DNA of 64,000 nucleotides from an uncultured Caulobacterales bacterium. Lineage in GTDB: Bacteria > Pseudomonadota > Alphaproteobacteria > Caulobacterales > Caulobacteraceae. Each line of letters begins with the position of its first letter. The stretch's first letter is position 1. Positions 48,390 through 61,406 of this stretch are shown here, in pieces. The stretch covers positions 3,599 through 67,598 of the forward strand of contig CAILTK010000030.1 in NCBI GenBank assembly GCA_903837135.1, given 5' to 3'. A program made the translations under genes and the position numbers. The notes beneath the pieces were generated by a model. The model saw only the letters and a program-made list of their open reading frames with translations. It was not told the DNA's origin and ran no database searches.

Positions 48390-48470
48390 CGCCATGACGC
48401 CCGCGCTGCCGCCTCACTCGTCGGTCGCGCGTCGTGTTCGACCCCCGCCCCGCCATCGAAGGCTCGCCGC

Positions 48471-49286
48471 ATGATTCGAGATCTCCTGGTTCATGTGGAT
48501 GCGAGCGAAGCGGGCGTGAGCCGGCTTCGTTACGCGCTGGACCTGGCGGCGCGCCATGAGGCGCGTCTCACGGGGGTCCATGTCATCGCGCCGACCGACG
48601 TTCCGCCATTGTACAAGCCCAGCAAGCTGCGCCAGGTCGAGCGGGTTCTCGAGGATCGCTCGCAGCGCGACGCGCTGTCGGCGGAGCTGATCTTCCGGGA
48701 AGTCGCGGGCGAACGACCGACACAGACCGCCTGGAAAGTCTTCGAAGGCCGGATGGCCGACCAACTCGCGGACCACGCCCGCTACGCCGACCTGGTCATC
48801 GTCGGGCAATATGAGTCCGAAGGCGCCGCGGAGCATCGCGCCACGTCGCTGGCGGACGACCTGGTGGTGAAATGCGGACGGCCGTTGATGGTGATTCCGG
48901 AATCCACGGCGGGCGCGCCCGAAATCCAGCGGGCCGTGCTGGCCTGGGACGGCAGCCGGGAGGCCGTGCGCGCGGCCCACGACGTCATACCGCTCTTGAT
49001 CGCCGCCCAATGCGCGCTCGAGATCGTCTCCATCGACAAGGCGTCCCGCGATGTCGATGAACTGGCCGGCCACCTTCGCGCCCATGGTGTGGCGCTGGGG
49101 GAGACCTTTCACCTGGACTCCCAGGGGCGGACTGGAGCCGCCCTGGTGTCCCACCTTCAGGTCCGCAGATATGACCTGCTGGTGATCGGAGCCTATAGCC
49201 ACTCCGCCTGGCGGGAGTTTCTGCTGGGCGGCGTTACCCGGACGATGCTGCACCACTCGCCCTTACCGGTGTTCGTCTCACACTGA
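48471..49286 (+). CDS. universal stress protein (tandem USP domains)
   Basis: 271-aa ORF. LLVHVDAS..., DLVIVGQ and a second-domain C-terminal motif (LLVIGAYSHSAWREFLLGGVTRTMLHHSPLPVFVSH). Confidence 0.85.
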   Translation: MIRDLLVHVDASEAGVSRLRYALDLAARHEARLTGVHVIAPTDVPPLYKPSKLRQVERVLEDRSQRDALSAELIFREVAGERPTQTAWKVFEGRMADQLADHARYADLVIVGQYESEGAAEHRATSLADDLVVKCGRPLMVIPESTAGAPEIQRAVLAWDGSREAVRAAHDVIPLLIAAQCALEIVSIDKASRDVDELAGHLRAHGVALGETFHLDSQGRTGAALVSHLQVRRYDLLVIGAYSHSAWREFLLGGVTRTMLHHSPLPVFVSH

Positions 49287-49338
49287 TCGGGAGCTCCAGA
49301 CCGTCGCGTCCGGGCCTGTGATCAGTCCGGGCGGCGAC

Positions 49339-50124
49339 CTATTTCTTTCCTGACCCCGGCTCGGCCATGCCGCGGTGCAGCTCGGCCAGGGCCGACTGCG
49401 GCGTCACCGCGGCGACGGCGGCCTGCAGCTTGTTCATGAGACCGGCGACCACATCGCCTTCACCCTTCATCATGGCGTCGAAGCCGGTCTTGGCGACCTT
49501 GGCCGGATCGGCCTTCCTGCCCTGGCCGACCTTGGTGTCCATCAGGTCGGCGCGTTCGAAGAATTCGGTGTCGACCGGGCCGGGCATCAGGCAGGTGACG
49601 GTGACGTTGGTGTCCTTGAGCTCGTTGCGGAGCGCGAAGGAGAAGCTGTCGATGAAGGCCTTGGAGCCGTTGTAGACCGCCTGGAAGGTTCCGGGCATCA
49701 GGCCGGCGATCGAACCGGTGAACAGGATGCGGCCCTTGTCGCGCAAGCGCATGCCCTGGCCGAGGCGGTGGACCAGGAACAGCGTGCCCACCACGTTGGT
49801 GTCGATCACGTGCCGGGCGGCGTTCCAGTCCTGGTCGAGGAAGCCGTGGCCGAGGCCGTGGCCGGCGTTGGCGCAGAGGATATCGACCGGTCGGCCGCCG
49901 ATCAGGTCGATCAGGTCCTGCACCCCCTCCTCGGTGGAGAGGTCGGTCTGCACCGCATCGACCTTGCCTCCCAGGGCCTCCAGGCCCTGTTTCGCTTCGA
50001 CGATCTCGGCGTGATCGGCGGCGATGGCCAGGTCATAGCCGTTCTCGGCGCACAGCCGCGCCAGTTCGTAGCCGATGCCGGACGAGGCGCCCGTGACGAC
50101 GGCCAAAGGACGGATTTCAGGCAT
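49339..50124 (-). CDS. SDR-family NAD(P)-dependent oxidoreductase
   Basis: 261-aa ORF with [11 protein letters not shown] and YNGSK motifs. Confidence 0.88.
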   Translation of the reverse strand: MPEIRPLAVVTGASSGIGYELARLCAENGYDLAIAADHAEIVEAKQGLEALGGKVDAVQTDLSTEEGVQDLIDLIGGRPVDILCANAGHGLGHGFLDQDWNAARHVIDTNVVGTLFLVHRLGQGMRLRDKGRILFTGSIAGLMPGTFQAVYNGSKAFIDSFSFALRNELKDTNVTVTCLMPGPVDTEFFERADLMDTKVGQGRKADPAKVAKTGFDAMMKGEGDVVAGLMNKLQAAVAAVTPQSALAELHRGMAEPGSGKK

Positions 50125-51322
50125 CTGTGGTCTCCGCTTGCTGGCTCCAGCCGGGTTTCAGGACCACCTTGGTGGTCTCGTTCTGCTGCTCCTTGAACAT
50201 CTTGTAGCCCTTGGGGGCGTCCTCGAGCGGCAGACGGTGACTGATCAGGAAGGTGGTGTTGAGCTGACCCTCCTGGATCATGTTCAGCAGCTTTTGCGAA
50301 TACTTCTGAACGTGGGTCTGCCCGGACTTCACCTGCAATCCCTTCTCCATCAGGGCGCCGACCGGGACCTTGTCGACGAAGCCGCCGTAGACCCCGGGGA
50401 TCGAGAGGCGTCCGCCCTTGCGGCAGGCCAGGATGACTTCGCGCAGCACGTGCGCCCGGTCGGTGCCGAGCACGCGGGTGGCCGCCTTCACCGCGTCGAT
50501 CACGTTGTCGATGGCGAAGCCGTGGCTCTCCAGTCCGACCGCGTCGATGCAGGCGTCCGGGCCTATGCCGCCGGTCATCTCCATCAAGGCCTCGCGCACC
50601 TTGACGTCGTGATAGTTGATCACCTCCGCGCCCATCGAGCGCGCCAGTTCGAGCCGGTGCGGATAGTGATCGATGGCGATCACCTTGTGCGCCCCGAGCA
50701 CGAACGCGCTCTGGATGGCGAACAGGCCCACCGGGCCGCAGCCCCAGACGGCGACGGTGTCGCCGGGTTCGATGTCGCAGTTCTCCGCCGCCATCCAGCC
50801 GGTGGGCAGGATGTCCGACAGGAACAGCACCTCGTCGTCCTCCATTCCATCCGGAATGACGATCGGACCGACGTCGGAATAGGGAACGCGCACGTATTCG
50901 GCCTGGCCGCCCGGGTAGCCGCCGGTCATGTGGGTATAGCCGAACAGGCCCGAGGCCTGGTGGCCCCACAGCGCCTCGGTCATGTCGGCCTTGTCGGCCG
51001 GCAGGGAGTTGTCGCAGGCGGAGAACTGCTCGTGTTCGCAGAAAAAGCACTGGCCGCAGGCGATGGTGAAGGGGACCACCACGCGCTGACCCTTCTGCAG
51101 GGTGGACCTTGAGCCCACCTCCACCACCTCGCCCATGAACTCGTGGCCGAGGATGTCGCCTGGCGTCAGGGAGGGGATGAAGCTGTCGTAGAGATGAAGG
51201 TCCGAACCGCAGATGGCGGTCGAGGTGACCTTGATGATGGCGTCGCGCGGATTGACGATCTCCGGGTCCGGGACCGTATCCATCTTGACGTTGTGCTTGC
51301 CGTGCCAGGTGAGTGCGCGCAT
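50117..51322 (-). CDS. zinc-dependent alcohol dehydrogenase (formaldehyde-dehydrogenase-like MDR family)
   Basis: ORF 50117..51394. Start placed at [21 protein letters not shown], a structural-zinc Cys cluster ([15 protein letters not shown]) and GCGPVG. Confidence 0.88.
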   Translation of the reverse strand: MRALTWHGKHNVKMDTVPDPEIVNPRDAIIKVTSTAICGSDLHLYDSFIPSLTPGDILGHEFMGEVVEVGSRSTLQKGQRVVVPFTIACGQCFFCEHEQFSACDNSLPADKADMTEALWGHQASGLFGYTHMTGGYPGGQAEYVRVPYSDVGPIVIPDGMEDDEVLFLSDILPTGWMAAENCDIEPGDTVAVWGCGPVGLFAIQSAFVLGAHKVIAIDHYPHRLELARSMGAEVINYHDVKVREALMEMTGGIGPDACIDAVGLESHGFAIDNVIDAVKAATRVLGTDRAHVLREVILACRKGGRLSIPGVYGGFVDKVPVGALMEKGLQVKSGQTHVQKYSQKLLNMIQEGQLNTTFLISHRLPLEDAPKGYKMFKEQQNETTKVVLKPGWSQQAETTDA

Positions 51323-51327
51323 CAGGG

Positions 51328-51936
51328 CTACCGATCGATTTCTGGGGCGTTGGGGTGCGGATTGGAGACGGAGACCTCGCCGGTCTCCATCCACTGCTTG
51401 AAGCGCCGGAGATCCCGCCGCGCCTGCAGCTTGGGCTCCCTCTGGAACAGCTTGGCGATCAGCTTGCCGAGGTCGCCGCCCGGCGGATCGTAGACGATGG
51501 TGGCGGTCACCTCGGTCCCGCGGCCCGGAGGCGCGTCCCGGAACTCGATCCGGCCGGTGTTCTTGATGTCGGCCCCTTCGGCCGACTCCCAGGCGATCAC
51601 CCGGCCGGGCTCATCCTCGGTGAGGACCGAGTCCCATTCGACCGTTCGGCCGGCCGGCGCCGCGATCACCCAGTGCGAGCGCCGGTCGTCGCCCACCTCG
51701 ACGCTGCGGATGTTCTCGAGGAAGCTCGGCAGATTGCGAAAGTCGCGCCACGCCGCGTACACCTGCTCACGCGGCAGGTTGATCGTGACCGTGCGGCCGA
51801 CGACGGCGGCGTGACGCCAGCCGCGCGCCTCCGCGGCGTCATGGCCGACGTCGCGCTGATGCACCGCCGCCGACTCCGGTGCATCGGACTCCACATAGTC
51901 GTGGTCGGGGGTATAGTCGCGGTCGTGGTCTGCCAT
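51328..51936 (-). CDS. SRPBCC (cyclase/dehydrase) family protein
   Basis: 202-aa [28 protein letters not shown]...SHW is SRPBCC-like. First gene of a tightly packed three-gene unit. Confidence 0.8.
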   Translation of the reverse strand: MADHDRDYTPDHDYVESDAPESAAVHQRDVGHDAAEARGWRHAAVVGRTVTINLPREQVYAAWRDFRNLPSFLENIRSVEVGDDRRSHWVIAAPAGRTVEWDSVLTEDEPGRVIAWESAEGADIKNTGRIEFRDAPPGRGTEVTATIVYDPPGGDLGKLIAKLFQREPKLQARRDLRRFKQWMETGEVSVSNPHPNAPEIDR

Positions 51937-51956
51937 TGGGGCCTCCGACCACGACT

Positions 51957-51981
51957 AAGCGATCAGCCGGCCGCCGGTTCC
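51957..51981 (-). promoter_or_regulatory. candidate ECF (EcfG/SigT-type) promoter GGAAC-N16-GCTT
   Basis: On the minus strand, GGAAC (plus 51977-51981) and GCTT (plus 51957-51960), about 20 nt upstream of the SRPBCC ATG, which has GGAGG in between. The -10 is imperfect relative to CGTT. Confidence 0.35.
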
Positions 51982-52082
51982 AGCGTTAACGCGAAGTTAA
52001 TTGCCGAATACGACCCGGTATGCCAAAGACTTACTTATGTTAATGGCGAACGCCAAGGATAAGGTTGATTTATTAGCTTAGG

Positions 52083-52292
52083 TTACTCTGCAATGGCGAA
52101 GCTGTAGATTGTCCGTTCGCGTTGATATTCGGCGACCGGAAAGCGTCGCCTCTCGCCGAGGCAGACATTCGGGAGGGCGGCGTCGATCGGTCGACCGGAG
52201 GCGGGATCGATCGCCTCGACGTCCATGTCCCCGAGCCTGCCCTGCCGATCGTCGGCGATCAGCCGTTCGTCCTCGACCACCAGGATCTGGGA
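52083..52292 (-). pseudogene. decayed, truncated response-regulator receiver domain, in frame with the upstream kinase after one TGA
   Basis: Continuing past the kinase stop in the same frame gives SQILVVEDERLIADD...ALPNVCLGERRRFPVAEYQRERTIYSFAIAE*. This is receiver-like through about beta4 and ends in an AT-rich stretch. Confidence 0.55.
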
Positions 52293-55420
<3,128 letters not shown>

Positions 55421-55424
<4 letters not shown>

Positions 55425-55459
55425 CCGGTCAACCTTGCCTCTCGCGGCCCGGACTTCAT
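55421..55459 (-). CDS. candidate 12-codon leader ORF coupled to the kinase start
   Basis: GGAGGG (plus 55470-55475), 10-nt spacer, ATG (55459), MKSGPREARLTG, TGA. The stop overlaps the kinase GTG (GTGA), which has no good SD of its own. Confidence 0.25.
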
Positions 55460-55528
55460 GACCGGTTCACCCTCCTTTTAGCGTCCAGTGAGCAAAAAAG
55501 ATCGCTGAAACTAGGGGCCCTCTAACCG

Positions 55529-55561
55529 GGTCGCCCCCTCAAGGTCGCCCCCTCAAGGTCG
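55529..55561. repeat. 14-bp tandem direct repeat (2.4 copies)
   Basis: GGTCGCCCCCTCAA GGTCGCCCCCTCAA GGTCG, spanning the stop codon of the DUF6894-like gene. Confidence 0.85.
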
Positions 55562-55928
55562 TCCGGGCGGTCTCCAGCGACTGGAGCGCCTCTTCGAAAC
55601 CGCTGGCCAGGTCGGCGTGGAGGGCGTGGGCGCGTTTCACACCCGCAAGCAGCCGGCTCTGCAGGTCGCGCATCGGCGGCCGCGGACCCGAGGCCCCGGC
55701 CTTGATCACCTCGCTGAAGGGGAGATCGAGCAGGAACCGGCCCTCCTCATCCCAAAGCTCGAACCGGTCGCGACTGGGATCCCGATGCTGGCGAAGGGCG
55801 TCCACGCTCATTTCGACGGCCGCCTTCCAAAGGTCGAGATAGGCCTCCTCCAGCGTGGCGAACTCGATACCCTCCTCGTCCCGGCTGAATCCGGCCGGAC
55901 CACAGAGATGGAAGAAGAAGCGGCTCAT
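55539..55928 (-). CDS. small DUF6894-like protein
   Basis: C-terminal 129 aa of ORF 55539..56243. The start MSRFFFHLCGPAGFSRDEEGIEFATLEEA resembles the MxRYFFH... family I recall as DUF6894. The ATG overlaps the Crp-like gene stop (ATGA). Confidence 0.6.
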   Translation of the reverse strand: MSRFFFHLCGPAGFSRDEEGIEFATLEEAYLDLWKAAVEMSVDALRQHRDPSRDRFELWDEEGRFLLDLPFSEVIKAGASGPRPPMRDLQSRLLAGVKRAHALHADLASGFEEALQSLETARTTLRGRP

Positions 55929-56641
55929 CGACTTCCCTGAATACCGACGCGCGCGCCCAAGTACCCCGGATCGAAGTCGGCGGCGCCGACCAGCCCGCGT
56001 CGGTCGAGCACCTTCAGGCGTCCCTGCCGGAGTTCGATAAGACCATCGCCGCGCAGCTGTTGCAACATCCGGTTCACGTGCACCACCGACAGGCCGAGCA
56101 CGTCGGCCAGATCCGCCTGGGTCAGCGGAAAGGCGCAGACCTCGTCGTTGGCCAGGTCCGCGCCCCGCATCCGGGCCGAAATCTCGCAGAGCAGGTGCCC
56201 CAGCTTCTGGTAGGCCGAGCGCCTGCCCATGCCCACCGCCCATTCCTCGAGGACGGCGCTGTCGGACGCCATCACCGCCAGCAGCCAGCGCGCCATCGAC
56301 GGTCTGGTGTCGATCAGTTCGTCCAGGCGCAGGCGCGGAATCGGCGCGACCCGGATCGGGGTGGCCGCCCGGATCGAGACGCTCGACCGCTCGCAGATGT
56401 AGCCCTTGGCGTCCATGACGTCCCCGGGGACGAACAGGGCGAGGGTCTGTTGCACCCCGCCCGGCATGGCGCGGTAAGCGTGCGCGACACCTTCGACCAG
56501 GATGGAGAGCGCGCTGATGCGATCGCCTTCGCGGATCAGGCAGTCGCCCTTCGGGCAGGACCGGATCGGGCCGGCCACGCCGGCCAGCCGATCCGCCTGA
56601 TCCGCCGTCGCGAAACGGCGTAGAAGTACTGACAGGTCCAT
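55925..56641 (-). CDS. Crp/Fnr-family transcriptional regulator
   Basis: C-terminal 238 aa of ORF 55925..57013. Start MDLSVLL. cNMP-binding-like barrel (CPKGDCLIREGD...) and HTH (LTQADLADVLGLSVVHVNRMLQQLRGDGLI). Confidence 0.85.
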   Translation of the reverse strand: MDLSVLLRRFATADQADRLAGVAGPIRSCPKGDCLIREGDRISALSILVEGVAHAYRAMPGGVQQTLALFVPGDVMDAKGYICERSSVSIRAATPIRVAPIPRLRLDELIDTRPSMARWLLAVMASDSAVLEEWAVGMGRRSAYQKLGHLLCEISARMRGADLANDEVCAFPLTQADLADVLGLSVVHVNRMLQQLRGDGLIELRQGRLKVLDRRGLVGAADFDPGYLGARVGIQGSR

Positions 56642-56671
56642 CTGCCCTCGAGCATCCGCGCCAAGTCCGCT

Positions 56672-56696
56672 AACGATCGAGGCCGGGCCGGGTTGC
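56672..56696 (-). promoter_or_regulatory. candidate ECF (EcfG/SigT-type) promoter GCAAC-N16-CGTT
   Basis: On the minus strand, GCAAC (plus 56692-56696) and CGTT (plus 56672-56675), about 30 nt upstream of the Crp-like ATG (56641). Confidence 0.35.
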
Positions 56697-56825
56697 GAAC
56701 CTGTGGGGGCTCGCTCCGCGATCCTCAGTGGCGAGGGGGCTGGGGCCCGCGAAGAAGAAAGCGCGAAGCCCGACGGTTCGGTCGCAACGGTCGTCGGGAA
56801 TACCTTCAAGCGCTGATCGCGATCG

Positions 56826-58268
56826 CTATGGCGTCGGTCGCTCTTCCGCCTGCCATCCGCCGCCAAGCGCCAGGAAGACGGCGACCTGGTCATCGGCGAT
56901 TTGGGCCCGTAAGGCCGCGAGGGCGCTGTCGGCGGACGCCAGGCTTCGCTCGGCGTCGAGCGTGGCGAGCGCGCCGGTGCGGCCGGCCGCCTGCAAGCGG
57001 CGCGCATCGGCAAGGGCGTCCGCCGCCTGGTCCTTCACGGCGGTAAAGCGCACCTGACGCTCGAGATCATGGCCGTAGGTGTTGAGCGTGCTTTCCACCT
57101 CGCGCAGGGCGCCCAGCACCACGCCGTCGAAACGGGCCAGTTCGGCGACCTGGGTCGCGTCGGCGGCGGCGATCCGGGCGCGGGCGACGCTGTGGTTCAG
57201 CTCCCAGCTCACGCCGGGGCCGACCATGTAGCGGTTGGTCTGCGCCTTCAGGAGGTCGCCGACAACGCCGGTCGAGCCGATGGAGGCGCCGAGGCTGATG
57301 TCGGGATAGAGGGCGCTGGTGGCGACGCCGACCTGGGCGGTGGCCGCCGCCAGACGCCGTTCGGCCATCCGCACGTCGGGGCGGCGTTTCAACAGGGCCG
57401 CGCCGTCGCCGACGGGGATCGGCTGGGCCAGGGCAGGGGCGGCGACGCAGCGGGCCAGGGTCGTCTCGAACGCCGCCGGCGGCCTTCCGGTCAGGGTGGC
57501 GAGGCGATAGAGCGCGTTGCGCCGCGCCGCCTCGAGCGCCGGAATGCTGGCGCGGAACTGGTCGATCTGGCCCTGTGAGCGGGTCAGGTCGAGGCGTGTG
57601 CCGCGGCCGCCCCGCACCAGGCGCTGGGTCAGGGCGTAGCTCTGCTGCTGCAGCCCCAGCGACGCCTGGGCGGCGGCCAGCTGATCGCCCGCCGAGCACA
57701 CGTCCACATAAGCCCGGGCCACGTCGGCGGCGACGGTGACGCGGACCAGATCGCGGGCGGCCTGCACCGCCTCGTTATCCGCCTTCGCCGCCTCCACGCC
57801 CCGCCGGATGCGGCCGAACAGGTCGAGCTGATAGGAGGCGGACAGTCCGACGTCGTAGAGGGTCGCTTCCGGCAAAGTCTCCGTGAGCAGGTATTGTTCG
57901 GCGGAGAGCTGGGCCCGGCCGGCGTTGAGGTTCAGCACCAGATTCGGCTGACCCGCCGCCTTGGCCGCCGACACGATCGCGCGGCTGCGCTGAAGGCTGG
58001 CCTCGGCCACGCGCAGGTCGGTGTTGGCCGCCAGCGCTTCGGTCTCCAGCCGGTCGAGGTCGGGGCTCTGGTAGAGCCGCCACCAGTGCGCGGGCAAGGG
58101 CGCGGCGGTCACCGCCGCCTGTCCCCGGGCGGACACGAAGCCGCCCTGGGCGGCGGGCGCGTTCACCATCGCCTTTTCCGGCAGGTGATAGTCGGGCCCG
58201 ACGGTGGTGCAGCCCGCGAGCGCCGCCGCCAGGACGGTGGTCGCCGCCAGGTGTGAGATCCTCACCAT
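56826..58268 (-). CDS. efflux outer-membrane factor lipoprotein (NodT family)
   Basis: 480-aa ORF with lipobox LAGC and then TTVGPDYHLP, typical of NodT/OprM-family OMFs. Confidence 0.9.
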   Translation of the reverse strand: MVRISHLAATTVLAAALAGCTTVGPDYHLPEKAMVNAPAAQGGFVSARGQAAVTAAPLPAHWWRLYQSPDLDRLETEALAANTDLRVAEASLQRSRAIVSAAKAAGQPNLVLNLNAGRAQLSAEQYLLTETLPEATLYDVGLSASYQLDLFGRIRRGVEAAKADNEAVQAARDLVRVTVAADVARAYVDVCSAGDQLAAAQASLGLQQQSYALTQRLVRGGRGTRLDLTRSQGQIDQFRASIPALEAARRNALYRLATLTGRPPAAFETTLARCVAAPALAQPIPVGDGAALLKRRPDVRMAERRLAAATAQVGVATSALYPDISLGASIGSTGVVGDLLKAQTNRYMVGPGVSWELNHSVARARIAAADATQVAELARFDGVVLGALREVESTLNTYGHDLERQVRFTAVKDQAADALADARRLQAAGRTGALATLDAERSLASADSALAALRAQIADDQVAVFLALGGGWQAEERPTP

Positions 58269-59161
58269 GGCCAGAGCCTCCGTTGGGCGACCGCGGCGGA
58301 CGGATGGACGACCACCGTGGCGGTGCGGCCGGCGATGAGCTCGTCCTGTCGCTGGACGGCGCCGTCGATCTGGATGCGGACCGGGATGCGCTGGGCCAGG
58401 CGGACCCAGCTGAAGGTGGGGTTGACGTTCGGCAAGAGATCGCCGCTGGCGGCGCGTTCACGGTCCTCGATCCCTGGCGCGATGCTGGCGACGTGGCCCT
58501 GCAGCCGCTGCGGATCGCCCATCAGCTCCACGGTGGCGCGGTCGCCGACCCGGATCCGCGACAGCTTGGTCTCCTCGAAATAGCCGTCGACATAGGTCGA
58601 GCCGACCGCCACGAGGCTGAGGGCGGTCTTGCCGGCGGTCAAATAGTCGCCCGGGCGAACGATCACGTTGGCGGCGACGCCGTCGAGCGGCGCCAGCACC
58701 GACGTGCGGGCGAGGTTCAGCCTGGCCGCGTCGAGGTTGACTTGGCCCTGGGCGATCGCGGCCTGCAGACCGGCGATCCGCGTGGCGCCCTGCTCGACCG
58801 TCTCGGCGGGGACCAGGTCGCCGAGCGCGCGGTTGCGGGCGTCCTCCCGCCGCGCCTGCGCCAGGGCCGTGGTCTGAGCCAGGAGAGCGGCGCTGGCCTG
58901 CTCGACCGCGAGATGGAAGCGCGGCTGATCGAGCACGAACAGCCGCTGGCCCTTGCGAATACGGTCGTTGTCGTTGACGAAGACCTCGGTGACCAGTCCC
59001 GATACGTCGGGCGACACCTGCACCACGTCGGCGCGGATCCGGCCGTCACGGGTCCAGGGCTCGACCTGATAGTGGACCCACATCCAGCGGGCGGCGACGA
59101 GCGCGACAACCACCACGAGGGTCGTGACCAGGATGCGGACGGGAAGCGGGAGCGGTTTCAT
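58262..59161 (-). CDS. HlyD-family efflux adaptor (AaeA-like)
   Basis: ORF 58262..59335. Start placed at MKPLPLPV (cat at 59159-59161). N-terminal TM, VSGLVTEVFVNDND lipoyl-like hairpin and a coiled-coil region. Confidence 0.88.
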   Translation of the reverse strand: MKPLPLPVRILVTTLVVVVALVAARWMWVHYQVEPWTRDGRIRADVVQVSPDVSGLVTEVFVNDNDRIRKGQRLFVLDQPRFHLAVEQASAALLAQTTALAQARREDARNRALGDLVPAETVEQGATRIAGLQAAIAQGQVNLDAARLNLARTSVLAPLDGVAANVIVRPGDYLTAGKTALSLVAVGSTYVDGYFEETKLSRIRVGDRATVELMGDPQRLQGHVASIAPGIEDRERAASGDLLPNVNPTFSWVRLAQRIPVRIQIDGAVQRQDELIAGRTATVVVHPSAAVAQRRLWPW

Positions 59162-59169
59162 GACGGGTT

Positions 59170-59385
59170 TCAGACAGGGAAGGTGAGCCGGGCGGCGAGG
59201 GCGGCCACCCCGCCCCAGAGGATCAGGACGAGGGCGATGTCGAACAGGCCGCGGTGCCAGACGAAGCGGTAGGCGCCGCTCCAGTCGAGCAGGCGGCGGA
59301 TCGGCAGGCTGAGTAGCACGGCGACGACCGCCCACAGCAGGAGCGTGGGGGCGAACACGCCGCCGATGTCGAACTCGCCGATCAT
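59170..59385 (-). CDS. DUF1656 (AaeX-like) small membrane protein
   Basis: 71-aa ORF with two TM segments, between the FUSC and HlyD genes as in aaeXAB-type loci. Confidence 0.8.
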   Translation of the reverse strand: MIGEFDIGGVFAPTLLLWAVVAVLLSLPIRRLLDWSGAYRFVWHRGLFDIALVLILWGGVAALAARLTFPV

Positions 59386-61406
59386 GCCGCCCTCGTGTCA
59401 GGCGGCGCGTAGGGCGGCGCGGCGGGGAACAGGTTGCGGCGCAGGCCGGTCAGGGCGGCGAAGCCGCGGGACGCCGGGGTCTCGCGCGGCGCGGCGGCGA
59501 GCCGGGTGATGGCCGTATCGATGGACGTCAGCAGGTCCGGGTCCGGCGTCACGCCCGCGCGTGCGACCCTTCGCTCGAAGGTCGCGGCCACCCGGTCCAG
59601 CGTGGGGTCGAACATCGGGTCGCGCGGGCCGCCGCCGGACGCCGCGACCGTCTCCATGTCGATGATGTTGAGCCCCACCCGCATGTCGGCCAGGGCGTCG
59701 TAGGCGTCCAGCGTCTCCTCGGGTTCGGCCAGGGCGAGGCGCGCGCTGACCAATCCCACCCGGTCGAGCATGGTGGCGATCCAGGCGTCGGCGTCGACCT
59801 GCTCCCGCCGCCGCGCCAGCGCCGCCACTTCGCTCCAGCCCCGGCGCAGGATCCGGTGCGCCGCCCAGCCCGCGCCGACCGACCGGAACAGGCGCGTGGC
59901 CGCGAGGGCCACGGCCACGCCGACGATCTGCGCCAGGTTTCCGTTCACGAACTCCGGCAGGTTGGCGTTGAACGTGGCCTGCAGTCCCAGCGCGCCGGCG
60001 AAGCCGATCAGAAGGGCGATGGCTCTGGGACCCCAGCTTGGCGTCGCCTGCAGATAGCCGATCACGAGCAACGCCGGCGCCAGGACCAGCGCCAGCATGG
60101 GAAAGCCGTCGATCGCCGGCAGGATGGCGAACAGGTAGAGCGCCGCCAGGGGCAGGGCGGCCACCGACCAGACCAGAAAGTTTACGATCGCCGGCGCCGG
60201 GTCGTCTTGCGCCGCGAAGAACGAGCAGAACACCGCGGCCATGGTGGCGGCGATCGCGCCTTCGGGCCAGGCGGTGGAGATCCACAGGGCGCAGCAGGCG
60301 AGCACCGCCGCCATCAGCGCCAGCCCCGACAGGATCGCCATGCCGTGGTCGAGGTGCAGTCGTCGACGTTGCGGCAGGGCCAACAGGGCGCGAACCCGGT
60401 CGCTGGCGACCGCGGCGTCGCCGGCCACGAAGCGCGCCAGTTCGCGGCTGTCCTGCAGCGCCTGAATCAGCTCCTCCAGGCGGATCAGGATGTTGATCCG
60501 CAGAAGCGTCGGCCAGTCGGCCCGACCTCCAATGTCCGGGGTCAGGGCCCGGCACCGGGCGCGCAGGGCTTCGGCGTCCGCCCGCGCGTCCGCCGGCGTC
60601 TCCGCCCAGGCGGTGGTCTCGGACAGGAGGGCGGTCAGGGCCTGATCCTGTGCGCCGAGCTCGGCCAGCCGGTCCTCCAGCGCGGAAATCAGCGGCAGCA
60701 GATAGGCCAGCCGGTTTTCCAGCGCGCGGACCGTCCGGATCCGCATCGGCAGATGCGACGTATCGAAGGGCAGGTGGGACGAGGTGACGTGCAGCTCGGT
60801 GACGTCTGAGGCCAGGCGTCGGCGATCCTCGCGGTCCGCCGCCGGTCGGCGGTTGATCAGGGCGTCGCCGATCCACCTCTCCGCGTCGCGCAGGAAGCCC
60901 GCGATCCGGCCGTTCAGCACCCGCCCGACGCCGCTCGGGAAGACCACGGTGTGCACCACGGTGGCGCACAGAATGCCGAGGGTGATCTCCTCGACGCGCG
61001 CCAGGGCGGTGTCGAAGATCGCGCCGGGCGCGGCGACGCTGGGAAAGCCGATGATGGCGGTGGTGTAGCCGGCCAGCATGAAGACATAGGCCCGGGGCGT
61101 GCGGTCCAGCAGCGACAGGTAGAGGCAGAAGCCGGTCCAGGCCGCCATCACCAGCGCCATGAGCAGGGGCGAGTTGACGAAGGTCGGCACGATGAGCACC
61201 GCCGCCGCGCCGCCGCCGACCGTGCCGATCACCCGGTAGACCGCCTTGGAGCGAAGCGCGCCGGTGAGCGGCTGGGCGGTGATGTAGACGGTGAGCATGG
61301 CCCAGAACGGGCGCGGCAGGCCGATGCTGAAGGCGATCCACAGGGCGATCATCGCCGCCACGAAGCTGTTCAGCGAGAAGACGGCGTAGCCGGCGCGCGG
61401 GCTCAT
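59382..61406 (-). CDS. FUSC-family (fusaric acid resistance / AaeB-like) efflux protein
   Basis: 674-aa ORF with two multi-TM blocks separated by a large cytoplasmic region. 4-nt overlaps with both neighbours. Confidence 0.88.
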   Translation of the reverse strand: MSPRAGYAVFSLNSFVAAMIALWIAFSIGLPRPFWAMLTVYITAQPLTGALRSKAVYRVIGTVGGGAAAVLIVPTFVNSPLLMALVMAAWTGFCLYLSLLDRTPRAYVFMLAGYTTAIIGFPSVAAPGAIFDTALARVEEITLGILCATVVHTVVFPSGVGRVLNGRIAGFLRDAERWIGDALINRRPAADREDRRRLASDVTELHVTSSHLPFDTSHLPMRIRTVRALENRLAYLLPLISALEDRLAELGAQDQALTALLSETTAWAETPADARADAEALRARCRALTPDIGGRADWPTLLRINILIRLEELIQALQDSRELARFVAGDAAVASDRVRALLALPQRRRLHLDHGMAILSGLALMAAVLACCALWISTAWPEGAIAATMAAVFCSFFAAQDDPAPAIVNFLVWSVAALPLAALYLFAILPAIDGFPMLALVLAPALLVIGYLQATPSWGPRAIALLIGFAGALGLQATFNANLPEFVNGNLAQIVGVAVALAATRLFRSVGAGWAAHRILRRGWSEVAALARRREQVDADAWIATMLDRVGLVSARLALAEPEETLDAYDALADMRVGLNIIDMETVAASGGGPRDPMFDPTLDRVAATFERRVARAGVTPDPDLLTSIDTAITRLAAAPRETPASRGFAALTGLRRNLFPAAPPYAPPDTRAA

